A DNA stretch of 64,000 bases from Eubacteriaceae bacterium UBA1433 (GTDB lineage: Bacteria; Bacillota; Clostridia; Eubacteriales; UBA1433). Shown here piece by piece: positions 27,579 to 39,665 of the stretch (the stretch's first letter is position 1; each line of letters begins with the position of its first letter). The notes beneath the pieces are model-generated. The model had not been told where the DNA came from. It did not search any database and saw only the letters and a list, made by a program, of their open reading frames with translations. The stretch is taken from NCBI GenBank assembly GCA_002329295.1, contig DCTT01000018.1, positions 8,866 to 72,865 on the forward strand, in the 5' to 3' direction. A program made the position numbers and the translations under genes.

Positions 27579-27598
27579 AAGTTAGACAAGGCTAACTA
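27579..27598. promoter_or_regulatory. Palindromic operator candidate AGTTAG-N6-CTAACT between feoA2 and feoB
   Basis: aagttagacaaggctaacta. With its flank it is near-identical to the 27058-27083 module. Confidence 0.55.
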
Positions 27599-27612
27599 AA
27601 AAAGGAGGAGAC

Positions 27613-29775
27613 ATGAAAATCAACATTGCCCTTGCAGGGAATCCGAACAGTGGAAAAACCACGCTTTTCAATCGATTGACCGGTTCAAATCAATATGTAG
27701 GTAACTGGCCAGGCGTGACGGTTGAAAAAAAAGAAGGAAGAGTCAAAGACAATAAAAACATCATTATCCAGGATTTGCCGGGAATTTATTCGCTGTCGCC
27801 TTATTCACCGGAAGAGGCCATTGCGAGAAAATATTTATTGGAAGAGAAACCGGACGCTATTATCAATGTTGTAGATGCTACCAATATGGAACGAAATCTG
27901 TATTTGACCACTCAGCTGGCGGAATTAGGCATACCGGTGATAGTTGCCTTAAATATGATGGATGTTGTAAGGAAAAATAAAGATGAAATAAATTTAAAAA
28001 AGATGAGCAGAGCCCTAGGTTGCGAAGTGGTGGAAATCAGTGCTTTGAAAGGAGAGGGTATTGAGCGGTTGATGGACAAAGCCGTTGCAGCAGCGATGAA
28101 CAAGGAGAGAAGAGAGCCGCTGCATGTGTTTACAGGCAGCGTGGAACACGCAATCGCTCATATAGAAGAATCGATTTTGGATAAGGTAGACCACGGGGCG
28201 ATGCGATGGTATGCGATAAAAATTTTTGAAAGAGATGAGCAGACTTTACAAAAATTAAATTTAGGAGACGATCTCCTAGAACACCTGGAAAAACATATTA
28301 CAGACTGTGAAAGCGAGATGGACGACGATGCGCAAAGTATTATTACCACTCAACGTTACGCATATATCAAGAATATCGCTGAAGAGGCGGTGAAGAAAAA
28401 AGCGCCGAAATTCAGTCTTTCCGCTTCCGATAAAATCGATCGAATTGTAACCAATCGTATTTTGGCGCTGCCGATTTTTGCTGCTGTCATGTTTGTGGTT
28501 TATTATATATCCATCGGCTCCGTAGGCGCTTGGGTTACTGATTGGACAAATGAGACATTGTTTTCAGAAATCATAGCCGGCAATCTGCGCACCTGGATGG
28601 AAGCTGTCGGCATGCAGGCATGGTTCGTCGGTTTGGTTGTGGACGGGATAGTGGGCGGGGTGGGCGCTGTGTTGGGTTTTGTGCCGCAAATGCTGATCTT
28701 GTTTCTCATGCTTTCGATTTTGGAGGATATCGGTTATATGGCGCGTGTTGCCTTTATTATGGACCGCATCTTCCGCAAATTCGGACTTTCGGGCAAAAGC
28801 TTTATTCCGATGTTGATTGGATCGGGGTGCAGTGTGCCCGGTATCATGGCTTGCAGAACCATTGAAAACGAAAGAGATCGAAGAATGACAATTATGACCA
28901 CAAGTTTTGTTCCCTGCGGAGCAAAAATGCCCATTATTGCACTGTTTGCCGGCGCTTTGTTTGGCGGCAGCGGCTTCGTGGCTGTGTCCGCCTATTTTAT
29001 CGGAGTGGCGGCCGTCTTGGTTTCGGGTGTTATTTTAAAGAAAACGAAGGCTTTTTCAGGAAAACCGGCTCCGTTTGTAATGGAGTTGCCGCCTTACCAT
29101 GCTCCTGCTTCAAGCAACGTACTTCATGCCACTTGGGAGAGAGGCTGGAGCTTTATCAAACGTGCAGGAACCATTATTTTAGCCTCTGCCGTTGTGTTGT
29201 GGTTTTTGCAAAGCTTCGGTATAGAGTCAGGAACACTGACAATGGTAGAAGACAACAATACAAGTTTACTTGCTTCTATCGGCAACGCAGTGGCGATACT
29301 CTTTAAACCTTTGGGCTTTGGCGACTGGAAAGCAGCAGTTGCCACCTTTACAGGGCTGATAGCAAAGGAAAATGTGGTGGGCACCTTCGGTGTGTTATAT
29401 GGTATGGCGGAAGTAGCCGAAAACGGTGCAGAAATCTGGAGTGCCTTAGCGGCAGATTATACAGCGCTTACTGCTTACAGTTTTATGATCTTCAATTTGC
29501 TTTGCGCACCTTGTTTTGCTGCGATTGGAGCCATTAGAAGAGAAATGAACAGCGCAAAATGGACGTGGTTATCTATCGGATATCTTACAATTTTTGCTTA
29601 TGCGATTTCGTTTTTGGTGTATCAATTCGGCCAGTTTTTCTTAAACAAAGTTTGGGGTGTGGGAACCGTAGCAGCATTGATAGTTCTTGTCGGAATGCTG
29701 TGGCTTTTGTTTAGAAAAAATAAATATGATACGGAAAGATTCACTGCTGCAGTACTGGCAAATCAGGTGAAATAA
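27613..29775 (+). CDS. feoB: Ferrous iron transporter FeoB
   Basis: 720 aa. G-domain GNPNSGKTTLFN, DLPG, and a polytopic membrane domain. Confidence 0.96.
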   Translation: MKINIALAGNPNSGKTTLFNRLTGSNQYVGNWPGVTVEKKEGRVKDNKNIIIQDLPGIYSLSPYSPEEAIARKYLLEEKPDAIINVVDATNMERNLYLTTQLAELGIPVIVALNMMDVVRKNKDEINLKKMSRALGCEVVEISALKGEGIERLMDKAVAAAMNKERREPLHVFTGSVEHAIAHIEESILDKVDHGAMRWYAIKIFERDEQTLQKLNLGDDLLEHLEKHITDCESEMDDDAQSIITTQRYAYIKNIAEEAVKKKAPKFSLSASDKIDRIVTNRILALPIFAAVMFVVYYISIGSVGAWVTDWTNETLFSEIIAGNLRTWMEAVGMQAWFVGLVVDGIVGGVGAVLGFVPQMLILFLMLSILEDIGYMARVAFIMDRIFRKFGLSGKSFIPMLIGSGCSVPGIMACRTIENERDRRMTIMTTSFVPCGAKMPIIALFAGALFGGSGFVAVSAYFIGVAAVLVSGVILKKTKAFSGKPAPFVMELPPYHAPASSNVLHATWERGWSFIKRAGTIILASAVVLWFLQSFGIESGTLTMVEDNNTSLLASIGNAVAILFKPLGFGDWKAAVATFTGLIAKENVVGTFGVLYGMAEVAENGAEIWSALAADYTALTAYSFMIFNLLCAPCFAAIGAIRREMNSAKWTWLSIGYLTIFAYAISFLVYQFGQFFLNKVWGVGTVAALIVLVGMLWLLFRKNKYDTERFTAAVLANQVK

Positions 29776-29976
29776 ATGACTTTGCAGACAGTGGTTCAAA
29801 ATATTCCCACGTTGTTAGGCAGCGTTGTTGTCGCCGCAATCGTTATTGCCGTTATTGTAACGCATATTAAAAAACGCAAGAATGGTCAAGGTGGCTGCAA
29901 CGGCTGTAGCAGCTGCGTTTATCATCATTGCAAAAAAAATACAGATAACACAAAAAGAAAAAGTTCATATTTGTAG
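29776..29976 (+). CDS. FeoB-associated Cys-rich membrane protein
   Basis: 66 aa. One TM helix then GGCNGCSSC..HHC. The start abuts the feoB stop. Confidence 0.8.
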   Translation: MTLQTVVQNIPTLLGSVVVAAIVIAVIVTHIKKRKNGQGGCNGCSSCVYHHCKKNTDNTKRKSSYL

Positions 29977-30020
29977 TATGTAGTATTCTGTAGCATAATA
30001 AATAAATAAATTATCACATA

Positions 30021-30077
30021 AACCCCGCAATAAAATGTGCTTAATAGGCGAAAACAGAGAAGGATTGCGGGGTTTTT
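30021..30077 (+). terminator. Hairpin plus T-run after the feo operon (long loop)
   Basis: ccccgcaat (30023-30031) pairs with attgcgggg (30064-30072), followed by TTTTT. Confidence 0.55.
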
Positions 30078-30298
30078 CATATGTAATAAGCGTTATTTTT
30101 TAAGTGATACTGGTGAGAAAAAAAGAAAAGAGTGTGTACTTAATAAGAAAAGCGAAAAAGGGTGTCTTGTCTTTCGACCGGATAATAAAGACTTTTTATA
30201 ACGGAAATTGATAAACCTCTTTTAAAAAAAAGGAACATGTTGTATCATAGATATAAACAAATTGTCAAAAATTCATAACGAGCAAAAAAGGTGAATGA

Positions 30299-31357
30299 AT
30301 GAAAAAAATAATTGCAATATTGCTTTGCATGAGCCTTATCCTGACATGTTTTTCGGCATGCGGAATAAAAAGACCGGGGCAAAAAAAAGTCACTGTCGTG
30401 TTTTTAACGGACAGCAGCGGATTCTCGAGCGAAGATGATACAAATAAACAAATCAAAGACGCACTGGAAGGGCTGAAAAAAAGTGCGGGCATCGTGCCGA
30501 CTTATAAAGAAGGAAAAGACAAAGAAAGCTATGTTTCAAATCTGAGAGAACTGGCGGAAAGCAAAGAGTATGACGTTATTTTAACGGTGGGATATGCCAT
30601 GAGCAGGGCGGTAGACAACGTGGCAAAAGAATACCCCGAACAGCTGTTTGTGACGATTGATTATCCTGTTAACAAAGACAATGTACTCTCTATTGTGTTT
30701 CGGGAAGAAGAAAGTGCGTTCTATAGCGGTGTGTTGGCTGCGTTGATGACAAAAACAAATAAAGTGGGTTTTGTCTCCTCTTTTGAAGGGCAAAATATGT
30801 CGCATTTATATGGATTTTTGTTGGGCATAAGAGCAGTAGACCCTAATATAGCGGTCGAGATTGTCTACACGCATTCCTACACAGATTTGTCTACGGGCAC
30901 GGCAGCGGCAGAAAAGCTGAAAGCGGCGGGTGTGGATGTTATTTATTCGTGTGCAACAGCACCTACATCGGCATTAGTTGATTATGCAAAAGAAAATAAG
31001 ATGCTGGTCATTAATTCAGATGTTTATAAATATGACTCAACAGACAAAGCGTTGATCAGTGAAGCGAGCAAAAAATATAAAAGTTCGGTGGAATACATTA
31101 TTAATGCAGCCATAGAGGTTACGAAGGATGGCGAAGGAGCAAAGAGGGGAGGAATCAGCACGGAAAGTCGCTATGTCGGAATTGCCCAAAATGCCTTTGA
31201 GTTTTCTTTCAGCAGCAATGTGCCCAAAGACATTCGCGGGAAACTGGAAGCCGTACAAATTATGTTTACAAATTCGGAAATTGTTGTACCGACCGACGAA
31301 GCAGGTTACACAAATTTCGATTTAAGCATTTTTGAAGGAAAATCATTTAAAAAATAA
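30299..31357 (+). CDS. BMP family (Med/PnrA-like) ABC-type substrate-binding lipoprotein
   Basis: 352 aa. Lipobox FSAC. BMP-like segments TVGYAM..AVDNVAKEYP and KVGFVSS.EG. No permease or ATPase genes adjacent. Confidence 0.75.
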   Translation: MKKIIAILLCMSLILTCFSACGIKRPGQKKVTVVFLTDSSGFSSEDDTNKQIKDALEGLKKSAGIVPTYKEGKDKESYVSNLRELAESKEYDVILTVGYAMSRAVDNVAKEYPEQLFVTIDYPVNKDNVLSIVFREEESAFYSGVLAALMTKTNKVGFVSSFEGQNMSHLYGFLLGIRAVDPNIAVEIVYTHSYTDLSTGTAAAEKLKAAGVDVIYSCATAPTSALVDYAKENKMLVINSDVYKYDSTDKALISEASKKYKSSVEYIINAAIEVTKDGEGAKRGGISTESRYVGIAQNAFEFSFSSNVPKDIRGKLEAVQIMFTNSEIVVPTDEAGYTNFDLSIFEGKSFKK

Positions 31358-31370
31358 ATGTATCTCTATG

Positions 31371-31385
31371 TGCAAACGCTTTGCA
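31371..31385. promoter_or_regulatory. 15-bp palindrome TGCAAA-CGC-TTTGCA overlapping the gap -35
   Basis: Perfect 6-bp arms, overlapping TTGCAT at 31381-31386. Confidence 0.4.
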
Positions 31386-31409
31386 TATCTTGTTTAGAAA
31401 TAGTATAAT
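31381..31409 (+). promoter_or_regulatory. Promoter of the glycolytic operon
   Basis: TTGCAT-N17-TATAAT (31404-31409). Confidence 0.6.
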
Positions 31410-31457
31410 AGAAAGGGAAAAATTTATCCAAATGGATAAAAATAAGGAGGATGCAAA

Positions 31458-32459
31458 ATGCCTGTAAAAGTTGGAATCAACGGATTTGGAAGAATTGGAA
31501 GGTTGGCCTTTCGTTTGATGTTTGACAATGAAGATTTTGAAATTGTTGCCATCAACACCAGGACGACCAGCACCATTGCCTATCTTTTGAAATATGATAC
31601 GGCACAGGGGAAATATGACAAAGAAATTAGCTATGACGGTACGCACTTGATCGTCGATGGTCAAAAAATAAGAGTTTTTACGGAAACGGAAGCGCCCAAT
31701 ATTCCTTGGGGAGAAGTGGGTGCGGATGTAGTCATTGAATCGACAGGAAAGCACAATACCTATGATGCCGCTCACGAACATATTGTTGCGGGGGCAAAAA
31801 AAGTTTTGGTGTCGGCGCCGGCAAAGGGCGATGTAAAAACCATTGTATACAATATCAATCATGATATTTTAGACGGAACAGAACAAGTAATCAGCGGTGC
31901 GAGCTGTACGACAAACTGTCTTGCGCCTGTGGCAAAAGTGCTGAACGATGTATTTGGAATCGAGAAGGGTCTGATGAGTACGGTACATGCCTATACCACG
32001 GACCAGCGCTTGTTGGATAATTCGCATCCGAAAGATTTTCGACGTGCAAGAGCAGCGGCTGCCAATATTGTGCCCACTACAACCGGTGCGGCATCAGCGG
32101 TAGGCAAAGTCATCCCGCAACTGGCAGGCAAATTAGACGGAATTGCTCTGCGTGTGCCCACCATCACCGGATCGTTGGTGGACTTGGTTGTCGAATTAAA
32201 AAAGAATGTGACTGTAGAAGAAATCAACGCTGCAATGAAGGCGGCGGCAAACGAAACGCTGCATTATACGGAAGAAGAAATTGTTTCTTCGGATGTGATT
32301 GGAGTTGAAGCCGGCGGAGTGTTTGATGCCAAAGCTACGAGTGTGTTGGAAGTTGATGGAAAACAATTGGTCAAAGTGCTTGTCTGGTACGACAACGAAA
32401 TGGGATACACTTCCCAATTGGTGCGCTTGGCGAAATATGTAGGAAATCAAATCAAATAA
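31458..32459 (+). CDS. gap: Type I glyceraldehyde-3-phosphate dehydrogenase
   Basis: 333 aa. INGFGRIGR and active site SCTTNCLAP. Confidence 0.96.
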   Translation: MPVKVGINGFGRIGRLAFRLMFDNEDFEIVAINTRTTSTIAYLLKYDTAQGKYDKEISYDGTHLIVDGQKIRVFTETEAPNIPWGEVGADVVIESTGKHNTYDAAHEHIVAGAKKVLVSAPAKGDVKTIVYNINHDILDGTEQVISGASCTTNCLAPVAKVLNDVFGIEKGLMSTVHAYTTDQRLLDNSHPKDFRRARAAAANIVPTTTGAASAVGKVIPQLAGKLDGIALRVPTITGSLVDLVVELKKNVTVEEINAAMKAAANETLHYTEEEIVSSDVIGVEAGGVFDAKATSVLEVDGKQLVKVLVWYDNEMGYTSQLVRLAKYVGNQIK

Positions 32460-32521
32460 ACGAAAAAATAAGGAAGTGAAAATAGCAATTATTGAGCTTC
32501 CTTTTTTCGATGGAGAAAGTT

Positions 32522-33715
32522 ATGAACAAAAAGACGATTCGAGACGTGTCCTTTCAAAACAAAACTGCTTTGGTGCGTGTGGATTATAATGTGCCGCTGG
32601 AAAACGGCGTAATTACCAGCGACAAAAGAATAACAGCAAGTTTGCCGACGATTCAAGCCATTTTAGACGATGGCGGAAAAGTCATTTTGTGTTCCCACTT
32701 GGGGAGGCCGAAAGGAGAGGCTGACCCGCAATTTTCTTTAAAACCCGTGGCAGATAAATTATCTGAATTGCTGAAGCTGCCGGTCGTCTTTGCCGATGAT
32801 GACAGGGTAACGGGGCAAAAAGCTGACGAGATTGTAAAGGCATTTAAACAATCCGAAAACAAAGTATTGTTATTGCAAAATACAAGGTTCAGAGCGGAAG
32901 AAACAAAAAATGCCGGTGACTTTGCCAAGGAATTGGCCGCCTATGGAGATGTTTTTGTCAATGATGCCTTTGGTACGGCGCATCGTGCCCATTCGTCCAA
33001 TGTAGGTGTATGCGCCTATTTGGAAGGGGTATTGGGATTGTTGATGGAAAAGGAAGTCACAATGCTTTCAAAAGTATTCGACAACCCGAGGCGACCTTTT
33101 GTGGCGGTGTTGGGCGGTGCCAAGGTCAGCGACAAAATCGGCGTCGTGAAAAATTTAATTGAAAAGGTAGATACGATTTTGGTGGGCGGCGCCATGGCAT
33201 ATACATTTCTTAAGGCACAAGGCTATGCGATGGGTAAGTCTTTAGTCGAAGAAGACAAGGTGGATTTGGCAAGAGAGTTGATGGAAGAGGCGAAAAAGGC
33301 GAATGTGAAATTTTTATTGCCTCTGGATATAAAAACGACCACAGTCTTTGAAGACACAAAAGAATTTGCTTTGCGCAAAGTGGACGGGTTGAGAGAAAAT
33401 GAGATGGGCATGGATATCGGCGAAGAGACCATTGCTCTTTTCGCAGAAGAATTGAAAGATGCCAAAACCGTTGTTTGGAACGGCCCGATGGGAGTCTTTG
33501 AATTTGAGCATTTTGCAGAAGGGACTTTTCAAGTGGCGAGCGCCATTGCCGAAAGCGATGCTTACAGTGTTGTGGGGGGCGGAGATTCGGCAGCGGCAGT
33601 AAAAAAACTGGGATTTGAAAATCGCATTTCGCATATTTCTACCGGGGGAGGTGCCACACTGGAGTTTTTGGAAGGCATTGAACTGCCGGGAATTGCGGCA
33701 ATGAGTGAAAAGTAG
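32522..33715 (+). CDS. pgk: Phosphoglycerate kinase
   Basis: [24 protein letters not shown]. Start ATG 32522 with a GGAGAAAG ribosome-binding site. Confidence 0.95.
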   Translation: MNKKTIRDVSFQNKTALVRVDYNVPLENGVITSDKRITASLPTIQAILDDGGKVILCSHLGRPKGEADPQFSLKPVADKLSELLKLPVVFADDDRVTGQKADEIVKAFKQSENKVLLLQNTRFRAEETKNAGDFAKELAAYGDVFVNDAFGTAHRAHSSNVGVCAYLEGVLGLLMEKEVTMLSKVFDNPRRPFVAVLGGAKVSDKIGVVKNLIEKVDTILVGGAMAYTFLKAQGYAMGKSLVEEDKVDLARELMEEAKKANVKFLLPLDIKTTTVFEDTKEFALRKVDGLRENEMGMDIGEETIALFAEELKDAKTVVWNGPMGVFEFEHFAEGTFQVASAIAESDAYSVVGGGDSAAAVKKLGFENRISHISTGGGATLEFLEGIELPGIAAMSEK

Positions 33716-33723
33716 GTGTTAAT

Positions 33724-34459
33724 TTGAGAAAGAAAATAATTGCCGGTAACTGGAAAATGAATATGACGGCAAAAGAAGCGGAAAATTTTTTAAAAAATAT
33801 CAAAAGTAAAGTTCAAAATGCAAAAGCTGAAGTGGTGTTTTGTGTACCGTATTTGGCTATTGATGCTTCGTTGCGTGCGGTGGCAGGAACCGATATTTGT
33901 ATCGGTGCGCAGAACATGCATTATCTGGACAACGGCGCTTATACGGGAGAGATTTCTGCGCCGATGCTTCAGGAAGCCGGTGTTGACTATGTCATTATTG
34001 GTCATTCGGAACGGCGAATGTATAACAATGAAACCGATGAGAGTGTCAATAAAAAAATTATCAAAGCCTTAGAAACAGACATCAAGCCCATCTTTTGCGT
34101 AGGAGAAAGCTTGCAGGAGCGAGAAGGAAATACTACGAAAGAAGTCATCGCTTCACAAATCAATAAAGGCCTTACAAATATCGAAAAAGAAAAGGTTGTC
34201 GATGTAACGATTGCTTATGAACCTATTTGGGCGATTGGTACAGGCAAAACAGCAACCGATGAGCAAGCCAATGAAGTTTGCGCCTTTATACGAGAGATTT
34301 TAAGAGAAAAGTATGACGATGCAGCTGAAAGAATCAGTATTTTATATGGCGGAAGCGTGAACGAAAAAAACATCGGCGGGCTGATGCATATGTCGGATAT
34401 TGACGGCGCGTTGGTAGGGGGAGCGAGTTTGAAGGAGACCTTTGCGGAGATTGTCCATT

Positions 34460-34467
<8 letters not shown>
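33724..34467 (+). CDS. tpiA: Triose-phosphate isomerase
   Basis: IAGNWKMN, IGHSERR, AYEPIWAIGTG. TTG start. Confidence 0.95.
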
Positions 34468-37304
<2,837 letters not shown>

Positions 37305-37409
37305 TTCCATAAAAATGGTTTGACCTGCCTTGTTATTTCGGCCGGATATGGTATAATAGTATCATAAATGGTTAGATAAAAAAATCAAACAGAAAGTGAG
37401 AGGAAGATT

Positions 37410-38408
37410 ATGTCAAAATTGAAAGTTGTTGTGACCTCAAGTTTCGTAGACGATGAATTTATGAAAGTTGCGAATGAAGTATTGGGAGACATTGCAGATG
37501 TGGTTCTTGATCCGGGCGCGACGGAAGATGAACTCATCGAAAAATGCAAAGACGCTGATGCGGCGTTGGCGATCTATGACCCCTTTACAGACAGAGTATT
37601 TGCGGCATTACCGAAATTGAAGTTGGTATCCGTTATTTCTATCGGCTATAACTTCATTGATGCGGAAGCGGCGAAAAAATACGGAGTCGCTGTATGCAAT
37701 AACCCGACCTATTGCGTAAACGAAGTGGCAGACCACACAGCAGCGCTGATGTTGGCGTTGAACAGAAGACTGTTGAACTACAATACAGCTGTTAAAGTAA
37801 ATCATATCTGGAAAGCAACGGCGGAAAAGGGCAATATCAAGCGCATGAATACACAAACAGTAGGTTTGGTAGGCTTCGGAAATATTGCGCGTCGTGTAGC
37901 AACCCGTATGCAAGCATGCGGCTGTAAAGTTATTGCTTTTGACCCCTATGTCAAACAAGAATTCGCTGATCAGTTCAATGTACAGTTGGTAACATTGGAT
38001 GAGATTTATGAACAGTCCGATATGATTTCCTTGCATGCATTGCTGAACAAAGAAACAGAAAAAATGATTAATAAAGAAGCTTTCGAAAAAATGGCAGCGA
38101 AAAAACCCTATCTCGTAAACTGCGGCAGAGGCGGCTTGATTGATGAAGACGCATTGTTAGAAGCATTGCAGACAGGCAAACTTATGGGAGCGGGTCTTGA
38201 TGTCTTTGTATCAGAAACCCCTGATTTAGCAGCTTCGCCTTTCACAAAACTGGGAGATAATGTGATTATCACACCTCACGCAGCATTCTTCTCCGATCAT
38301 GCATCCTATGAACAAAAATTGTTTGCTTGCCAGAACCTGAGAAACTTCTTCACAGGCAACGGCGACAAAGTACCCGTGGTCAACGGCATTCGCACACCGC
38401 GTGCATAA
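37410..38408 (+). CDS. D-isomer-specific 2-hydroxyacid dehydrogenase, CtBP-like (tandem paralog 1)
   Basis: 332 aa. NNPTYCVNEVADHT, GLVGFGNIARR, CGRGG, ITPHAAFFS. Confidence 0.88.
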   Translation: MSKLKVVVTSSFVDDEFMKVANEVLGDIADVVLDPGATEDELIEKCKDADAALAIYDPFTDRVFAALPKLKLVSVISIGYNFIDAEAAKKYGVAVCNNPTYCVNEVADHTAALMLALNRRLLNYNTAVKVNHIWKATAEKGNIKRMNTQTVGLVGFGNIARRVATRMQACGCKVIAFDPYVKQEFADQFNVQLVTLDEIYEQSDMISLHALLNKETEKMINKEAFEKMAAKKPYLVNCGRGGLIDEDALLEALQTGKLMGAGLDVFVSETPDLAASPFTKLGDNVIITPHAAFFSDHASYEQKLFACQNLRNFFTGNGDKVPVVNGIRTPRA

Positions 38409-38430
38409 TTCTTTGAAACAAGAATTTATC

Positions 38431-38465
38431 AAGAAAGGGCAAATTTTGCCCTTTCTTACTTTTGG
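38431..38465 (+). terminator. Intrinsic terminator between the tandem paralogs
   Basis: 28-nt perfect palindrome aagaaagggcaaaa/ttttgccctttctt, then acTTTT. Confidence 0.8.
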
Positions 38466-38610
38466 GTAAGATGAATGTATTGCTTTTTTACAAAAGAGGA
38501 TATATCGCATGAAGCAGTAGAGGGAAAAAATTCGGCTTGTAAGTAAACGGCATTTCCTTTATAATAATAGTATACTAAATTGATGAAAAAAGTATAGGAA
38601 AGGAGAGTGG

Positions 38611-39609
38611 ATGATCATGTATAAAGTGATTGTTACTACGGACTATGCAGACGATCAATTAATGAACTTAGCAAAAGAGATGCTGAAAGGAAAAGCGGAA
38701 ATAGAGCTGATTGCTTGTCCGACAGAGGAGGACTTGATCGAAAAATGTCAAGATGCCGATGCAACCCTGAGCGGATATGAGCCTTTTACAGACAAAGTGT
38801 TTGCCGCATTGCCAAAATTGAAATTGGTGTCGATTTTGTCAATCGGCTATAACTTTGCAGATGTGGACGCTGCAAAGAAGTATGGCGTTGCCGTATGCAA
38901 TAATCCCACGTATTGCGTAAACGAAGTGGCGGATCATACGATGGCATTGTTATTGACATTAAACAGAAGGTTATTTAATTATAATGCGGCAATCAAAAAG
39001 GAGCATATCTGGAGTGCCAGAATGGAAAAAGGCAATATCAAGCGTATGAATACACAAACAGTAGGTTTGGTAGGCTTTGGAAATATTGCGCGCCGTGTAG
39101 CAGCCCGTATGCAAGCATGCGGCTGTAAAGTCATTGCTTATGACCCCTATGTTAAACAAGAATTCGCTGATCAATTCAATGTGCAGTTGGTAACACTGGA
39201 TGAGATTTATGAACAGTCCGATATGATTTCTTTGCATGCATTGCTGAACAAGGAAACGGAAAAGTTGGTAAACAGAGAAGCTTTCGAAAAAATGGCGGCG
39301 AAAAAGCCTTATCTCGTAAACTGCGGCAGAGGCGGCTTGATTGATGAAGAAGCATTGTTAGAAGCATTGCAGACAGGCAAACTTATGGGAGCGGGTCTTG
39401 ATGTCTTTGTATCAGAAACCCCTGACTTAGCAGCTTCGCCTTTCACAAAACTGGGAGATAATGTGATCCTAACGCCCCATGCAGCGTTTTTCTCCGATGA
39501 TGCTGCGTATGAACAAAAGGTCTTGGCGGTACAACATATTATAGATTTCTTTGAGGGAAGAGGAGACAAGGTGCCGGTATTAAACGGTATTCGCTCACCC
39601 AAAGCATAA
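38611..39609 (+). CDS. D-isomer-specific 2-hydroxyacid dehydrogenase, CtBP-like (tandem paralog 2)
   Basis: 332 aa with the same motifs as paralog 1. AGGAG ribosome-binding site. ATG 38617 is an alternative start. Confidence 0.88.
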   Translation: MIMYKVIVTTDYADDQLMNLAKEMLKGKAEIELIACPTEEDLIEKCQDADATLSGYEPFTDKVFAALPKLKLVSILSIGYNFADVDAAKKYGVAVCNNPTYCVNEVADHTMALLLTLNRRLFNYNAAIKKEHIWSARMEKGNIKRMNTQTVGLVGFGNIARRVAARMQACGCKVIAYDPYVKQEFADQFNVQLVTLDEIYEQSDMISLHALLNKETEKLVNREAFEKMAAKKPYLVNCGRGGLIDEEALLEALQTGKLMGAGLDVFVSETPDLAASPFTKLGDNVILTPHAAFFSDDAAYEQKVLAVQHIIDFFEGRGDKVPVLNGIRSPKA

Positions 39610-39665
39610 TCAAAAAACAAGGTGGCGTCAACAAGCTACTTGTAATATAAACGATGAGGTGAAAA

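Noticed and set aside
31371-31385. Reading TGCAAACGCTTTGCA as a canonical CcpA cre site.
   Set aside because: The arms are separated by 3 nt (6-3-6), whereas the cre consensus TGWAANCGNTNWCA is 6-2-6. It is kept only as an unassigned dyad.
32470-32507. Hairpin aaggaag...cttcctt plus T-run between gap and pgk, considered as a full terminator.
   Set aside because: The stem is only 7 bp and the loop 20 nt. At most it is a weak or partial terminator or a processing or stability element, and pgk-eno clearly belong to the same operon. It is noted but not called as a feature.
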